Positions 51,259 to 63,487 are shown, counted from the stretch's first letter. The stretch is 64,000 bases of DNA from Squalus acanthias (GCA_030390025.1 CM059447.1:41478001-41542000), one strand, 5' to 3'. Notes: generated by a model from the sequence alone, not told the origin. Numbers and translations are program-made.

Positions 51259-52403
51259 CTTCTCTCTCCTTATTGAAGAAGTTAATCATAGCAAATAATC
51301 ATTGTACATGACTTGCATGGTATACACAACTCTTGGTATTCTAGGCTGAGCCTGCAGAGAATTTTTCTCCAAGGGCTGACCTTGATCTACATTTGGACTC
51401 TTTACACTTTCAGACTGTTTGTCTGTCTGACTCGGGCTCAGACTTAAATTCTGACTTTGTCTTGGACTTGTTTCTGGTACGTCTGATTTGCTACTGGTAC
51501 TCTACTTGTAACGAGACTATCTGACTCATCAGAATAAATTGAATCATCCCAGCTTTCAACTCCTTCCACATCTGTAGGTAAGATATGATCAATGTGAACA
51601 AACCTAACCTTTCCATGATCAAACATCTTGACCAAATATGTGCGAGGGCCACATATCTTCACTACTCTTCCTGGTAACCACTTTAACCATTTATGGTGAT
51701 GGTTCTTCACTCTAACCTTCTGGTTCAACTTCACACTTCTCTCTCTAACTCTACCTTTATCATGACTCTCTTTCTGCCTTGATTGTTTCTCTTCTATGGA
51801 CTGTGCCACGTTTGGCTTTAACAACGAGAACCTGGTCCATGGCTGTTGTTTGAGAAACAACTCTGCTGGTTTTCTACCAGCAGTGGTATGAGGAGTATTC
51901 TGATAGGTAATCAGAAAATTTGCCAGTTTGTGGTCCAACGACAACTGATGTTTCTTTGGATTTGGATCCAACATTTGCTTGATGAGGGCATGTTTGACAA
52001 TTTGTACTGTGCGCTCTGCTGCACCATTTGAAGCAGGGTGGTACGGTGGAATTTGGTATGTTTCACACCGTTTCTGCTCATGAACTGTGAGAACTCTTCT
52101 GAACAAAATTGCAGCCCATTATCAGACACAATTTCTTCTGGGAGGCTGTATGAAGAAAACAATCTTCGCAAATTGTCTAGTGTTTTCCTTGTTGTTATTA
52201 TCCACATCGAAAACACCTCTACCCACTTCGAGTGACTATCACTATGAACAATTGCTGTCCTTCTAGCTCAGCAAAATCTACACGTAACCTTTGCCATACT
52301 CTGGGAGGCCATTTCCATGGCTGTAATGGTACTGATGGTGGTTTCTTGCTCACTGATTGACATGTTGTACACTGACTGACTATGTACTCTATGTACTCTA
52401 TCT

Positions 52404-52515
52404 ATGTCTCTTCCCAGTTCTGATGAAAGGTCATCGACCTGAAACGTTAACTCTCTTTCTCTCTCCACGGATGCTGCCTGGCCTGCTGAGTTTTTCCAGC
52501 GTTTTCTGTTGTTAT
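52404..52515 (+). mobile_element. Penelope-type mini-element (family A) inserted in the Gypsy integrase
   Basis: 14-bp TSD TATGTACTCTATCT (52390-403 / 52516-29). Confidence 0.8.
52416..52452 (+). ncRNA. Minimal type I hammerhead ribozyme motif
   Basis: AGTT-CTGATGA-A-AGGTC-atc-GACCT-GAA-ACGT-T-AACT. Confidence 0.78.
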
Positions 52516-55429
52516 TATGTACTCTATCTCTTTATCTAATCCTGGCCACCATAAGTAACTGCGTGCAAAACTCTTGGTCAAGCACATTCCCAGGTGCTGG
52601 TCATGAAGATCTCCTAACAATTTAGACCTGAACCTATTTGGGATATCAATCTTGCTCCCCACATGATACAATCTTTATCCACTGACAATTCATTCCTACG
52701 AACGAAGTATGGATGGATATCTTCCTCTGATACCTGGTTTGGCCATCCATTTGCTATGTAATCATACACCTTTGACATAATTGGGTCACGTTTGGTTGCC
52801 CTACCAATCTCTTCAGCTGTGACTGGCAGCTCATCAATGTATGAGAAATAGAACACTTCTTCCTTATTGGGTGTAACTTGTGATGGGGATGGCAACCTGG
52901 ACATAGCATCAGCATTACTGCGTTCAGCTGATCGTCTGTACTCAATGTCATACGTATACACTGACAAAATCAAAGGCCATCTCTGCATTCAGGCTGCAGC
53001 TAAGGTTGGAACTGGAGACTTTGGATGGAGGATTGCTGTCAGGGGCTTACAACCAAACTTCTTGACACCAAAAATCAATGACAAAGCTTCCCTTTCGATC
53101 TGCGCATAATTCCGCTCACTGGCACTGAGAGTGCATGAAGCAAAAGCAATTGGTCTCTCCTCCCCACTATCCAGTACATGAGAGATCACTGCCCCAACTC
53201 CGTACGGAGAGGCATCACATGCTAGCTTGACCTCCTTAGATACATCATAGTGAACTAACATGGTACTCGCTACTAACTGGCTTTTACACTCTTTGAATAC
53301 TGTGTCACATTTTTTTGACCACTTCCAAGGGACCTGTTTTCTCAACAGCTCGTTCAGTGGATGTAACAATGTCGCCAAGTTTGGGAGGAACTTTCCGTAA
53401 TAATTCAAAAGACCCAAGAATGATCGAAGTTCAGAGACATTCTTGGGAGTGGGTGCATTTCTCATTGCATCCAGCTTTCCCTTGGTTGGATGTAAACCAT
53501 CTTTGTCGACTCTGTGCCCGAAGTACTCCACTGAGTTTTGAAACAACTCACACTTGTGAGCTGTCACTTGTACTCCGTGCTTCTCTAGCCGTTTGAGCAC
53601 TTCATTCGACACCTCATCATGGATTTGCCTGTTTGGTGCTGAAATGAGTATGTCATCCAAATAATACACTACCCCTTCAATCCCTTACAAAATTTGGTGC
53701 ATCACCCCCTGGAATATGTTGGGGGCAGAAGAAACTTCAAATGGTAGCCTATTGAACTGATATAGCCCTCGGTGAGTATTTATAGTCAAGCATGACTTGG
53801 ACTTTTCATCTAACTCAAGTTGTGGTAGGCATTGGTTAGATCTAACTTCAAAAAGATCAGTCCACCTGTCAGCGTTGTGAACAAATCTTCCACATTTGGC
53901 AACATATTGGGTAGATTACACTCTAGAACCTGGTTTACGGTCACCTTATAATCACCACACACCCTTACCTTACCATCTGACTTAGGTACAACAACAATGG
54001 GTGTAGCCCAATTACTCAGATCTACCTTAGAGATAATGTTCTCAGTTTCTAGTCTTTTGAGTTCTTGCTCAACTTTCTCCTTGAGTGCGTATGGTACGGG
54101 ACGTGGCTTGCAGTAAACTGGTCTTGCGTCCTTCTGCACTCTGACACTCGCCTTGAAGTCTGGGATCGGACTGCCCGTTTCGCTGAACACCTTCAGATAC
54201 TGCTTGATGACATCATCTGTCGATGCAAATTTCGCTTCCACACGAAAAATCTCATTCCAATCCAGCTTCAGTGATCCCAACCAATTTCTACCTATCAAGG
54301 CAGGCTTGTTTCCTGCCACTACTATGAGAGGCAAGCTCTGACACTGATCCTTGTATTTCACTGGTATGGTGACACTTCCTACTACAGGGATTTGCTCTCC
54401 AGAGTAGCCTCGCAGCTCTACCTTCGATTTCTCTAGTCGATAATCACGCAACTTGTCGTGATATAGTGATTCTGGTACTACGCTCACGGATGCACCAGTG
54501 TCGATTTCCATGGGTATCCTGGTTCCTGCGACATCTACTTGGATGACGATACCTCGCGAATCGCTGTTAGATACCTTCGTGCGCCTGATGACGTGAAGCT
54601 CCAGAAACTCCACATCCTGTTGCTTCTCTTCAACGGTATGTAGTATCTGGCGATTTCTACTTCTAGCATTGCCAGTCGGTTTATTCTTCTGTCGGCACGC
54701 CTTCGCAAGATGCCCAGTTTTCTTGCAGTAGAAACACTCTGCCTTCACATATGGGCAGCTTTGAGCGATGTGTTGTCCCAGGCACCGATAGCACGACTTC
54801 AATGCACTGTTACCTTGGCCAGTTGCTGAGGCCTTGGGACCCAACTGCCTTTTACTTTTAGCCTGCAGCTGATTCACCTCGGTTGTCTGATGACTGGAAA
54901 TGGCGCGGAACTCTCGGGAGTATCGGTCGGCCATATCCATCGACATAGCTGTCTGACAAGCTAAGTCAAAAGTCAAGTTAGGGGTTGTCAACCATTTACT
55001 TCTGACACATTCATTTTTCAACCCACAAACAAAGTGGTCACGCAAAGCTCGGTCCTGAAAGTTCCGAAATGACAGTGAATGGATAGCTTTTTTAAAGCAA
55101 CAATGTACTCACTGGTACCCTCGTCATTTAATTGATCGCGTGTTCCAAAACGATAACTTTCAGCAATTTCCAGGGGCTCCGGACTGTAGTGCTGTTCTAA
55201 CTTGGTTAAGATCTCCTTCAGTGGTTTGTCCTTCGGCTTGGCGGGAACAAGCACATTTTTCAGGGTTTCGGACACCTCGGGGCCTGCTTCAGTCAAAAAA
55301 ATAACCCGTTTCATTTCTACAGTCTACATCATCGGGGACTTCGCCGATACTATTCGCAGTGAAAAACATTGCTAGCCGCTCCACATACGCTCCGAAAGTC
55401 TCTCCGTCACGATAGAACTCACCCAAGCA

Positions 55430-56927
55430 TAAGAACATAAGAAGTAGGAGCAGGAGTAGGCCATACGACCCCTCGGGCCTGCTCCACCATTCAATAGGAT
55501 CATGGCTGATCCGAACCTAGACTCACGTCCACTTCCCTGCCCGCTCCCCATAACCCTTAATTCCCTTATCAGCTAGGAAACTGTCTATCTCCGTTTTAAA
55601 TTTATTTAATGTCGCAGCTTCCACAGCTCTCTGAGGTAGCAAATTCCATAGATTTACTACCCTCTGAGTGAAGAAGTTTCTCCTCATCTCAGTTTTGAAA
55701 CGGCAGCCCCTTATTTTAAGATTATGCCCCCTAGTTCTAGTCTCACCCATCAGTGGAAACATCCTCCCCACCTCCACCCGATCAAGCCCCCTCACAACCT
55801 TATATGTTTCGATAAGATCGCCTCTCATTCTTCTGAATTCCAATGAGTAGAGGCCCAACCTACTCAACCTTTCCTCATAAGTCAACCCCCTCATCTCCGG
55901 AATCAACCGAGTGAACCTTCTCTGAACTGCCTCGAGAGCAAGTATATCTTTTCTTAAATATGGAAACCAAAACTGTACGCAGTATTCCAGGTGTGGCCTC
56001 ACCAGTACCTTGTATAACTGAAGCAAGACTTCCCTGCTTTTATACTCCATCCCCATTGCAATAAAAGCCAAGATTCCATTGGCCTTCCTGATCACCTGCT
56101 GTACCTGCATACTAACCTTCTGTGTTTCATGCACCAGGACCCCCAGATCCCTTTGTACTGTAGCATTTTGCAGTTTCTTTCCATTTAGATAATAACTTGC
56201 TCTTTGATTTTTTCTGCCAAAGTGCATAACCTTACACTTTCCAACATTATATTCCATCTGCCAAATTTCCGCCCACTCACTTAGCCTGTCTATGTTCTTT
56301 TGCAGGTTTTTTATGTCCTCCTCACTCACTGCTTTCCCTCCCATCTTTGTATCGTCAGCAACTTGGATACGTTGCACTTGGTCCCCTCCTCCAAATCGTT
56401 AATATAGATTGTAAAGAGTTGGGGTCCCAGCACTGACCCTTGCGGAACACCACTAGTTACTGATTGCCAACCCGAGAATGAACCATTTATCCCAACTCTC
56501 TGTTTTCTGTTAGATAGCCAATCTTCCACCCATATTACCCCCAATCCCGTGATTTTTTATCTTGTGCAATAATCTTTTGTGTGGCACCTTATCGAATGCC
56601 TTTTGGAAGTCCAAATACACCACATCCACTGGTTCCCCTTTATCCACCCTGTTTGTTACGTCCTCAAGTGAATTCGAGCAAATTTGTCAAGCATGATTTC
56701 CCCTTCATAAAACCATGCTGACTCTGTCCGATTAAGTTATGCTTATCCAAATGTCCTGTTACTGCTTCCTTAATAATGGACTCCAACATTTTACCAACCA
56801 CAGATGTTAGGCTAACTGGTCTATAGTTTCCAGCCTTTTGTCTACCTCCCTTTTTAAATAAGGGTGTTACATTAGCAGTTTTCCAATCTGCTGGGACCTT
56901 TCCCGAATCCATGGAGTTTTGGAAAAT
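55430..56927 (-). mobile_element. 5'-truncated CR1 inserted in the Gypsy gag
   Basis: RT motifs and 3' tail; AAGCA on both flanks; gag MAMPMGIIG|CLGEFYRD resumes across it. Confidence 0.92.
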
Positions 56928-57101
56928 AAGCACCCTATTATTCCCATAGGCATGGCCATCTGGACTCGACAGTTCAGCCACGTGTGCTCGAAAGTTATCT
57001 CTGATTTTTAAGTTTTTCTGCAAAGCGAAGAACCTCTAACAGTCCCTCCGTTGGTTGGCAGGATTATCCTTCAACAAAAAATTTCAGCTAGGGAATCGGC
57101 A

Positions 57102-57119
57102 ATCGCATCCTCATCGCCA
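57102..57119 (-). other. Primer-binding site, tRNA-Ser(GCT)-like
   Basis: TGGCGATGAGGATGCGAT, 16/18 complementary to the recalled vertebrate tRNA-Ser(GCT) 3' end; 4 nt after the 5' LTR. Confidence 0.75.
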
Positions 57120-57123
57120 ATTC

Positions 57124-57243
57124 TCTGATATCTTGAGACACAGCATACATATACAACAGCGCAACCTGGCTTCCGGTAAGAACTGTACTGCATATGGCTT
57201 TATTATTTTATACATCAGTAGTCCACCAGGTGGCTCTATTACA
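57124..57243 (-). repeat. 5' LTR (120 bp)
   Basis: Direct repeat of 51139-51258. Confidence 0.95.
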
Positions 57244-57639
57244 GCTTCCTGTCCCCAGTTCCCAGAGTTGGTCCCTCCTGGCTCTAATCACTACCAGCAG
57301 AACCTCCACTGATGCAAGTTAAGATGCTGGTGCCCTTGATGCTGCTGCCATGTCCGAGACTGCTGCTCCCTCAGCCACCTTACACTTTTGCATGGCTGTC
57401 AATGCAAGGCCCCACTTTAACATCGGTGCGTATTCATGATTTAGATATCCCAAAATAAAACAGAGCGCCCACAGAGTGGGCTGATCTGACGCATGGTGAA
57501 TTAATATCTCATAGAAGCTGGCATTGTCAACTCTGTGCAGCCAGAGGCAAAAATGTATGAAAGCCACCTGAGCATCTGCTCCATTGGGCCTACAGCCAGA
57601 GCTCATCAACAGCCTGAGCTAAACTAATGGGGCTGATTT

Positions 57640-57960
57640 TCTTTTCTCTTACCTCTTGTCCTCTCTGTTTCTTTCTATCTCTTTCCGCCTTTTGTCTCCA
57701 CCTTATCCATTTCTCATTTAATTTAAGTTACCTCTCCATTTCTCTTTCAATTCCCTTCTCTCTGTTTCTCTTTCTCTCTGCACTTTTCTCGCTCTTTCCA
57801 TCTTCCATTTTGCCCCTCTGTCGGGTTTTTTTTCTCTCCCTTCATCAAGTTCTTTCTCGCTTTTCCTTTCTTGCTCTGTCTCACTCTGTTCTTTTGCTCT
57901 GCCTCCCTGTCTCCCTCTCTCTTTTATCTTTCGCTATCTCTCTCTCTTTATCTCACTCTG
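57640..57960. repeat. CT-rich low-complexity tract
   Basis: Long polypyrimidine stretch. Confidence 0.75.
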
Positions 57961-58433
57961 CTTTGAACAGACTTTTTTTTATCATCCTGCCTGTAAAGGC
58001 TAAAGCCGAGGTAATAAACATGCAAATCAGGCAATGACGCAAACGGTCCCAACCGCCAAGTGTGAGTCAATTTGTTCCAATTCAGCAGCTTAATAACAAA
58101 ATCATTCTTTTAAAGGCAGATCATTTGCCTGCTGTCACTCTCACATTTCACATCCGAGGGGTCTGCGCTCACACAGAACGGGAGACAGTCCAATAAAACA
58201 ACTCAATGTGGTTGAAGGACAGGCACAGCTGTTCCACCGAGTTTAATCTTGTTCAGTAAGAATGATTTCATGGAGTGTCGGGTGCTCGATGAGTCCTCGA
58301 GCTGGGGTACTGTACCACTCACAGCACTTACAGGGATAGCCGATCCTATGCAACAATTCACGGAATATTCTGCAGTTTCCACACACCTTCCTTTGAATCT
58401 TGCACCTCCTGAATCTATTTCCAATCCACAGTT

Positions 58434-59283
58434 CCTCCTCCCCTGAAGGTTCTGACTCTCACTGGGGTACAGTTCCATGGACCCCTCCTCCCCTGAAGGT
58501 TCTGACTCTCACTGGGGTACAGTTCCATGGGCCCCTCCTCCCCTGAAGGTGCTGACTCTCACTGGGGTATAGTTCCATGGGCCCCTCCTCTCCTGAAGGT
58601 GCTGACTCTCACTGGGGTACAGTTCCATGGGTCCCTCCTCACCTGAAGGTGCTGACTCTCACTGGGGTACAGTTCCATGAGCCCCTCCTCACCTGAAGGT
58701 TCTGACTCTCACTGGGGTACAGTTCCATGAGCCCCTCCTCTCCTGAAGGTTCTGACTCTCACTGGGGTATAGTTCCATGGGCCCCTCCTCCCCTGAAGGT
58801 TCTGACTCTCACTGGGGTACAGTTCCATGAGCCCCTCCTCACCTGAAGGTTCTGACTCTCACTGGGGTACAGTTCCATGGGCCCCTCCTCACCTGAAGGT
58901 TCTGACTCGCACTGGGGTACAGTTCCATGGGCCCCTCCTCACCTGAAGGTGCTGACTCTCACTGGGGTACAGTTCCATGGGCCCCTCCTCACCTGAAGGT
59001 TCTGACTCTCACTGGGGTACAGTTCCATGGGCCCCTCCTCACCTGAAGGTTCTGACTCGCACTGGGGTACAGTTCCATGGGCCCCTCCTCACCTGAAGGT
59101 GCTGACTCTCACTGGGGTATAGTTCCATGGGCCCCTCCTCTCCTGAAGGTTCTGACTCTCACTGGGGTATAGTTCCATGGGCCCTTCCTCTTCTGAAGGT
59201 GCTGACTCTCATTGGGGTACAGTTTCATGGGCCCCTCCTCACCTGAAGGTGCCGACACTGGTTGGGGTATGGGCCCATGGACA
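58434..59283. repeat. 50-bp minisatellite, about 17 units
   Basis: cctcctc(a/c/t)cctgaaggt(t/g)ctgactctcactggggta(c/t)agttccatgggcc. Confidence 0.97.
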
Positions 59284-59555
59284 CCCCAGTCCTCAGGTAC
59301 TGTGCCGATGACTATTTTCTGTGTTAGCCTAGGCAGTGACAGTTTGCAGGCTAGTCCTCCATGGAAGGCGTCACAGTCAAGCCCATCCTGCCCTCACCTG
59401 ATGTGGATGTCTGCCTGTCACAGCGGAGTTCAAAGGATAGTCATCGGGAGCAGGAATCTTGACTGATTTTTTTCCCCCTCTCAACCCAAGGGCACCCAGG
59501 TCAAAGATAGCCACTGTCATGGCTCAGAACATGGACTCAGTACCACACTGAGCCC
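59234..59555 (-). mobile_element. tRNA-derived SINE, second family
   Basis: Reverse complement ggctcagtgtggtactgag..gggggaaaaaaatcagtcaagattcctgctcc..gtgagggcaggatgggc, similar to 44030-44326. Confidence 0.6.
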
Positions 59556-59657
59556 TGCCTGTTTTGCTCAATAGTAGTACCACACCAGGCATGCCCGGTT
59601 GGCTCAGCACCACACCCAGCGCAAGCGATGTGCCAGGTGGCCGGAAGTTACCCGGTT

Positions 59658-61315
59658 TGTAGAATTCGCAAAATTATCGCGATTTTATAAAATAAGAAGG
59701 AGACATATAGTTTCGTACAAACAGCTTTATTTCAGCAGAATGCTGTCAGGTTTTCAAAGTGGACACAAACAGCCTGTAAAATGGCCGCCACGCCTCGTGG
59801 CAGAACGTTCTAGACTTTTCAATGAGCAGACAAGATGGCGTTCCAATAAACATTTGTGCGAGATCGGACAAGACTCAGCACATTTGAGATAATTCACAAG
59901 ACATAATGGGTTTGCATTTTACACATAAATACTGGAATCGGTCTCCCAGGTGTGAATAAGGGCTATTGTACCGAGCGATCAAGAACCCATCCAAAGACAT
60001 TAATATGCAAAATCCCCATGACTCTACGATGAGAGAGCCGTTTGCGGGTAGTTACAGAAAACATTTGGAAGCCCCAAAACCCCTCCAGGGAGAATACTGA
60101 CCGGTTCCACAATGGGAGAAGTATTAACGGGTACTCAGGCAGTTACAAGTATCACCGAAACCCATTAAACGGAGATCACCCTATACAAGAAATTTGAGCG
60201 CCAAAACCCTGACAAAAGAAAGACATTAAGATTGGGCGGGAAAAGAGGAATTACAGCACTATAACTGTAAGGTACAACCATCCATCTGTCTCTTGACTCT
60301 TGGATCTTGACTCTTGCTCGTGCCTCTGCCTCTTGATGTTTGACTTGCTGGAAGACTATTGAACTTTCTGATCCACCAGGATCAACCTCGTGGCTTGCCG
60401 CGAAGATCTGTGAAGAACTGGGCTGTGAAGCCTTGAAACGGGCACACCATCCCGAGAAGTCGGTAAACGGTGTTGGAACCGAAGGCCCGAGATGAGATGA
60501 GATGAGATGAGAAGAGAAGAAGACGACAATACGCATCGCCTTGGTCAGTAAGCCCCGACCGCGCCTGTAGGTCGAATAAACACTTTCCTTGCCCAGGAAG
60601 ACCATTCTTTGAGTTTTACAAACTGGCGAGGGCACAGGAAGACCATTCTTCGAGTTTTATCGCATCGGTGTGAGGGCACAGGAAGACTATTTTTTGAGCC
60701 GTGTCGGAACTCCGAGGACAACACAGATCTTCATGACAGCAGACGGTCCAGCCTGCTAGCCGGAGCAGAAACGAGTAAACAAGTGGGGTACAGAGACCCC
60801 TGATCAACACGTGGGTGGTCAGGTGCTGCGGGAAAAACATCCGAGCAGAGTTTTGGAATTCTCCGAGTTATCACGAGTGGTGAGCATGAGTCTCGATCCT
60901 ACAAATCTAGTTTAGGACAGGTATTGATAGGGGAGGGTTTAAGTTTTAAGGATAATTGTAATGTGTGCCCCCTTTTACGATGTGTCGTGCGCTCCTCGTT
61001 TCCCTAAAATTAGTTACATAACTGCGTGTAAGATTGTACTGTCATCAATCTGTGCTTATGACATGTATTTCGTAATCTTGAATAATATGCAATAAAGATT
61101 TTCCATTTCGCACTATTCAACCGGGTCTACCTGAGTTTTCTCTGCATTATTGCTCTCGCACCTAAGTCCAGTGTCAGAACCGTAAGGGCGAGTGGGTCGA
61201 ACCACTCACAGGTGTCTAGTGCTACCAGGCTGGCTGGAGACCAGAACAGGCAACAAGGCCTAACCTCACACTAGCACCCAGGCTAAGCACAGAGCCACAG
61301 GTCTCACCCCTTACA
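59658..61315 (+). repeat. 5' LTR of a second LTR retroelement (~1.65 kb; 5' boundary uncertain)
   Basis: Ends CCCCTTACA 5 nt before a PBS; ATTGG/GGCGGGAAAA and TATA-like motif at 60231-65; AATAAA at 60575 and 61091. Confidence 0.7.
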
Positions 61316-61320
61316 GAAAA

Positions 61321-61338
61321 TGGCGACCGCGGCAGGAC
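61321..61338 (+). other. Primer-binding site, tRNA-Arg(TCG)
   Basis: TGGCGACCGCGGCAGGAC is the reverse complement of GTCCTGCCGCGGTCG+CCA, the recalled 3' end of a vertebrate tRNA-Arg(TCG). Confidence 0.85.
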
Positions 61339-61391
61339 ATTGGCAGCGAGAAAATAATGTGTTAGACCCTGGTATGAATGGGCGAAATGTC

Positions 61392-63130
61392 ATGGAAGAG
61401 AGAATAGCAGATTATGTGTTTGGAAAGGTGAATTTGACCAAGAAATGGATAAGTGACCTGCTGGTGGATAAGCGTCCACTAGAGGCAGCCGAGAGGTGGA
61501 CAGATAGTAAGGAACATAAAAAAGCAGTGGAGAAAGCGGTCTGGCTGATGTGCTATAAAAGACAAGTCCAAATTTCAGACCAGGTCATCTTAGCGCAGGC
61601 AGCTCAGATCAAGAGTTGAGAGGTGGAAATGGATGAGAAGGTCGCGGGGGGGCAGCAGCTCATAGCGACTTTAAATGCGTTTGCATCAAGAACGCCAGTT
61701 AGTCGCCAACCACCATGAGGCAAAAATAGATTACCTCGAGTGCCAGGTCACTGAGGCAAAGTTAAATGAGGGCAGATTAAAGGAACGATGTGCCCACCTA
61801 GCTGCCCAAATAAAAGTCAGGAAGAGAGCTTAACAGGGGTTAGGGCGGCATATAAGATGGCCCTCGAGGATAAATTTCAGGGGGCCGATCACAGCGTCTG
61901 CCAAAAAGAGATAGGGAACCTTAAAAAGGCCTTGAACAAAGCGCACGGCATGGTGTGCCTTATCAGCCCGTCAGCACACCAGCCGCCAGTGGATGAGGGA
62001 TTTCAGAAATCCCCACCGAACAAAGCAGAGGAGGTACTAGCCACTGTGCCCCTCCGCGCCACCCAGCTATTCGGCAACCTGGGGTGAGGGAGGAAGTGGT
62101 AGAAGTAGAGAATGAGCCCACTGAGGTAGAATTGAAGCCGGGACCGTTGTGTCCGGTCACGGGTATCAAAAGGGGCCCGACCGGAGCAGGTGGGGAAGAG
62201 GGGGATCTCCTCAACCAGCTTGTGTTGCCTCACAGCTCACACCAGCTGAGGGTTAGATCAGTCACGTACGGAAGCTGGCTGAGTCAGACGACCCTTCCGT
62301 ACATTTCAGGGAAGTAGAGCAAACCGCAGCCATTAACAGCTGCGACGATGGGGAAAAAGCAAAAATGCTGTTGTTCTCATTAGACAGCTCGATCCTTCAG
62401 TGTCTCTCAGACGAGAGCAAGAGGGGAAACTAATACCTATGGGGAGCTAAGGAGATGAGGTCCTAGAAGTGTTGGGAATGGACGATGAAGGTCCGTTCGT
62501 TAGATTGGGACAAACAGTGCAGATGGAGGGAGAACCCCCGAAGGTTTTCGCCGACAGGTGTGGCCAGTATACCAGCGTAGCTGCCCCAGTGCGCCAGAGC
62601 GCGCCTATTTAAACGTGCCAGTCTAACTCATTGGCTCAGGTGTATAGTAGCCAACAGTTTGCCAGCCGTCAGGGAGCAGGCAAAAGCGTGGTTTGATCCC
62701 ACTAACCCCGCCACTACAGAGGAGTCGGTCCTAAATCGACTCACGGTAGGGTACCATAATACCAGGAGTGTACGGGAGCACGTCCCCTTAAGGGAAAGGT
62801 GCATGAGGCGCGGCCCGCAGCCCCGGCTCAAAAGCGAGTGGCATCAGGAGGGTAACCGCGCCCCGCAGTGCCAGTAATGCTTGTTACAGGTGTGGGAAGA
62901 CAGGGCATTGGCGCAAGAACTGCAGGAACCCTTGGAAGGAGTCCAGGATAAAAATCCCGCAGTCCGAGCCCAGGCGCCTGTCTCCGATAGGGGAGCTAGT
63001 GCACTTATCCATCCCGATGCGATCGAATCAGTGTTGGGAGCCATGCGCACCCTCATGATTTCGCATGGAAGGGTGGCAGTTGCTACCGGCCCCTGCAGAT
63101 GCCACAGCCCCGTCCAATAGTACCCAATGA
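61392..63130 (+). pseudogene. Gag-like polyprotein (N-terminal coiled coil, capsid-like region, CCHC knuckle), multiple frameshifts
   Basis: gtcATGG start; EKAKMLLFSL..QMEGEPPKVFADR capsid-like segment; CYRCGKTGHWRKNC at 62882-62923; ends ..NSTQ TGA. Confidence 0.8.
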
Positions 63131-63487
63131 CTAGAGCCCACGCAGCCTGCCTACCTGTGTCTTTTAAAAGACACGCACAGGAGGGGGTCTCCTGTGAGGA
63201 GGCCAGGTTAAAGAGCAGGCCTTGCGGGAGGAGAACGCCCGCTTAATAGGGAAAATAGATGGGCTAGAAGGGCAGCTTAGAGAGCAGGCCCTGCGGAGAG
63301 AACGCACGCTTAATGGGGAAAAGTAGACGTGCTCATGCTAGAAGCACAGCTCAGAGAGATTAAGGGCAGCCCACGGGGTAGCCAGAAGCAGGGATATTAT
63401 AAAATCAGTGCAAACTGTATAAGCCGGGCGCACAAGGGCCTACCACAGGGGCCAAACCTGCGAGTGGGGACTCGCAGCCCCAGGTAG

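Larger units (their letters stand above)
51444..56969 (-). pseudogene. Gypsy gag-pol polyprotein, frameshifted and interrupted
   Basis: Two zinc knuckles (CYRCLGQHIAQSC, CFYCKKTGHLAKAC), IDTGAS protease, YLDD RT, LACDAS RNase H, HDQH / VSDNG / PYHPASNGAAER integrase. Confidence 0.93.
51139..57243 (-). mobile_element. Complete decayed Gypsy (Mag-like) LTR retrotransposon
   Basis: Two 120-bp LTRs, GCTTC TSD (51134-38 / 57244-48), PBS, PPT, domain order gag-PR-RT-RH-IN. Confidence 0.95.

Noticed and set aside
58434-59283. Tandem hammerhead array in the 50-bp repeat
   Set aside because: The unit has CTGAAGG rather than CTGANGA, and no GAAA core or stem II.
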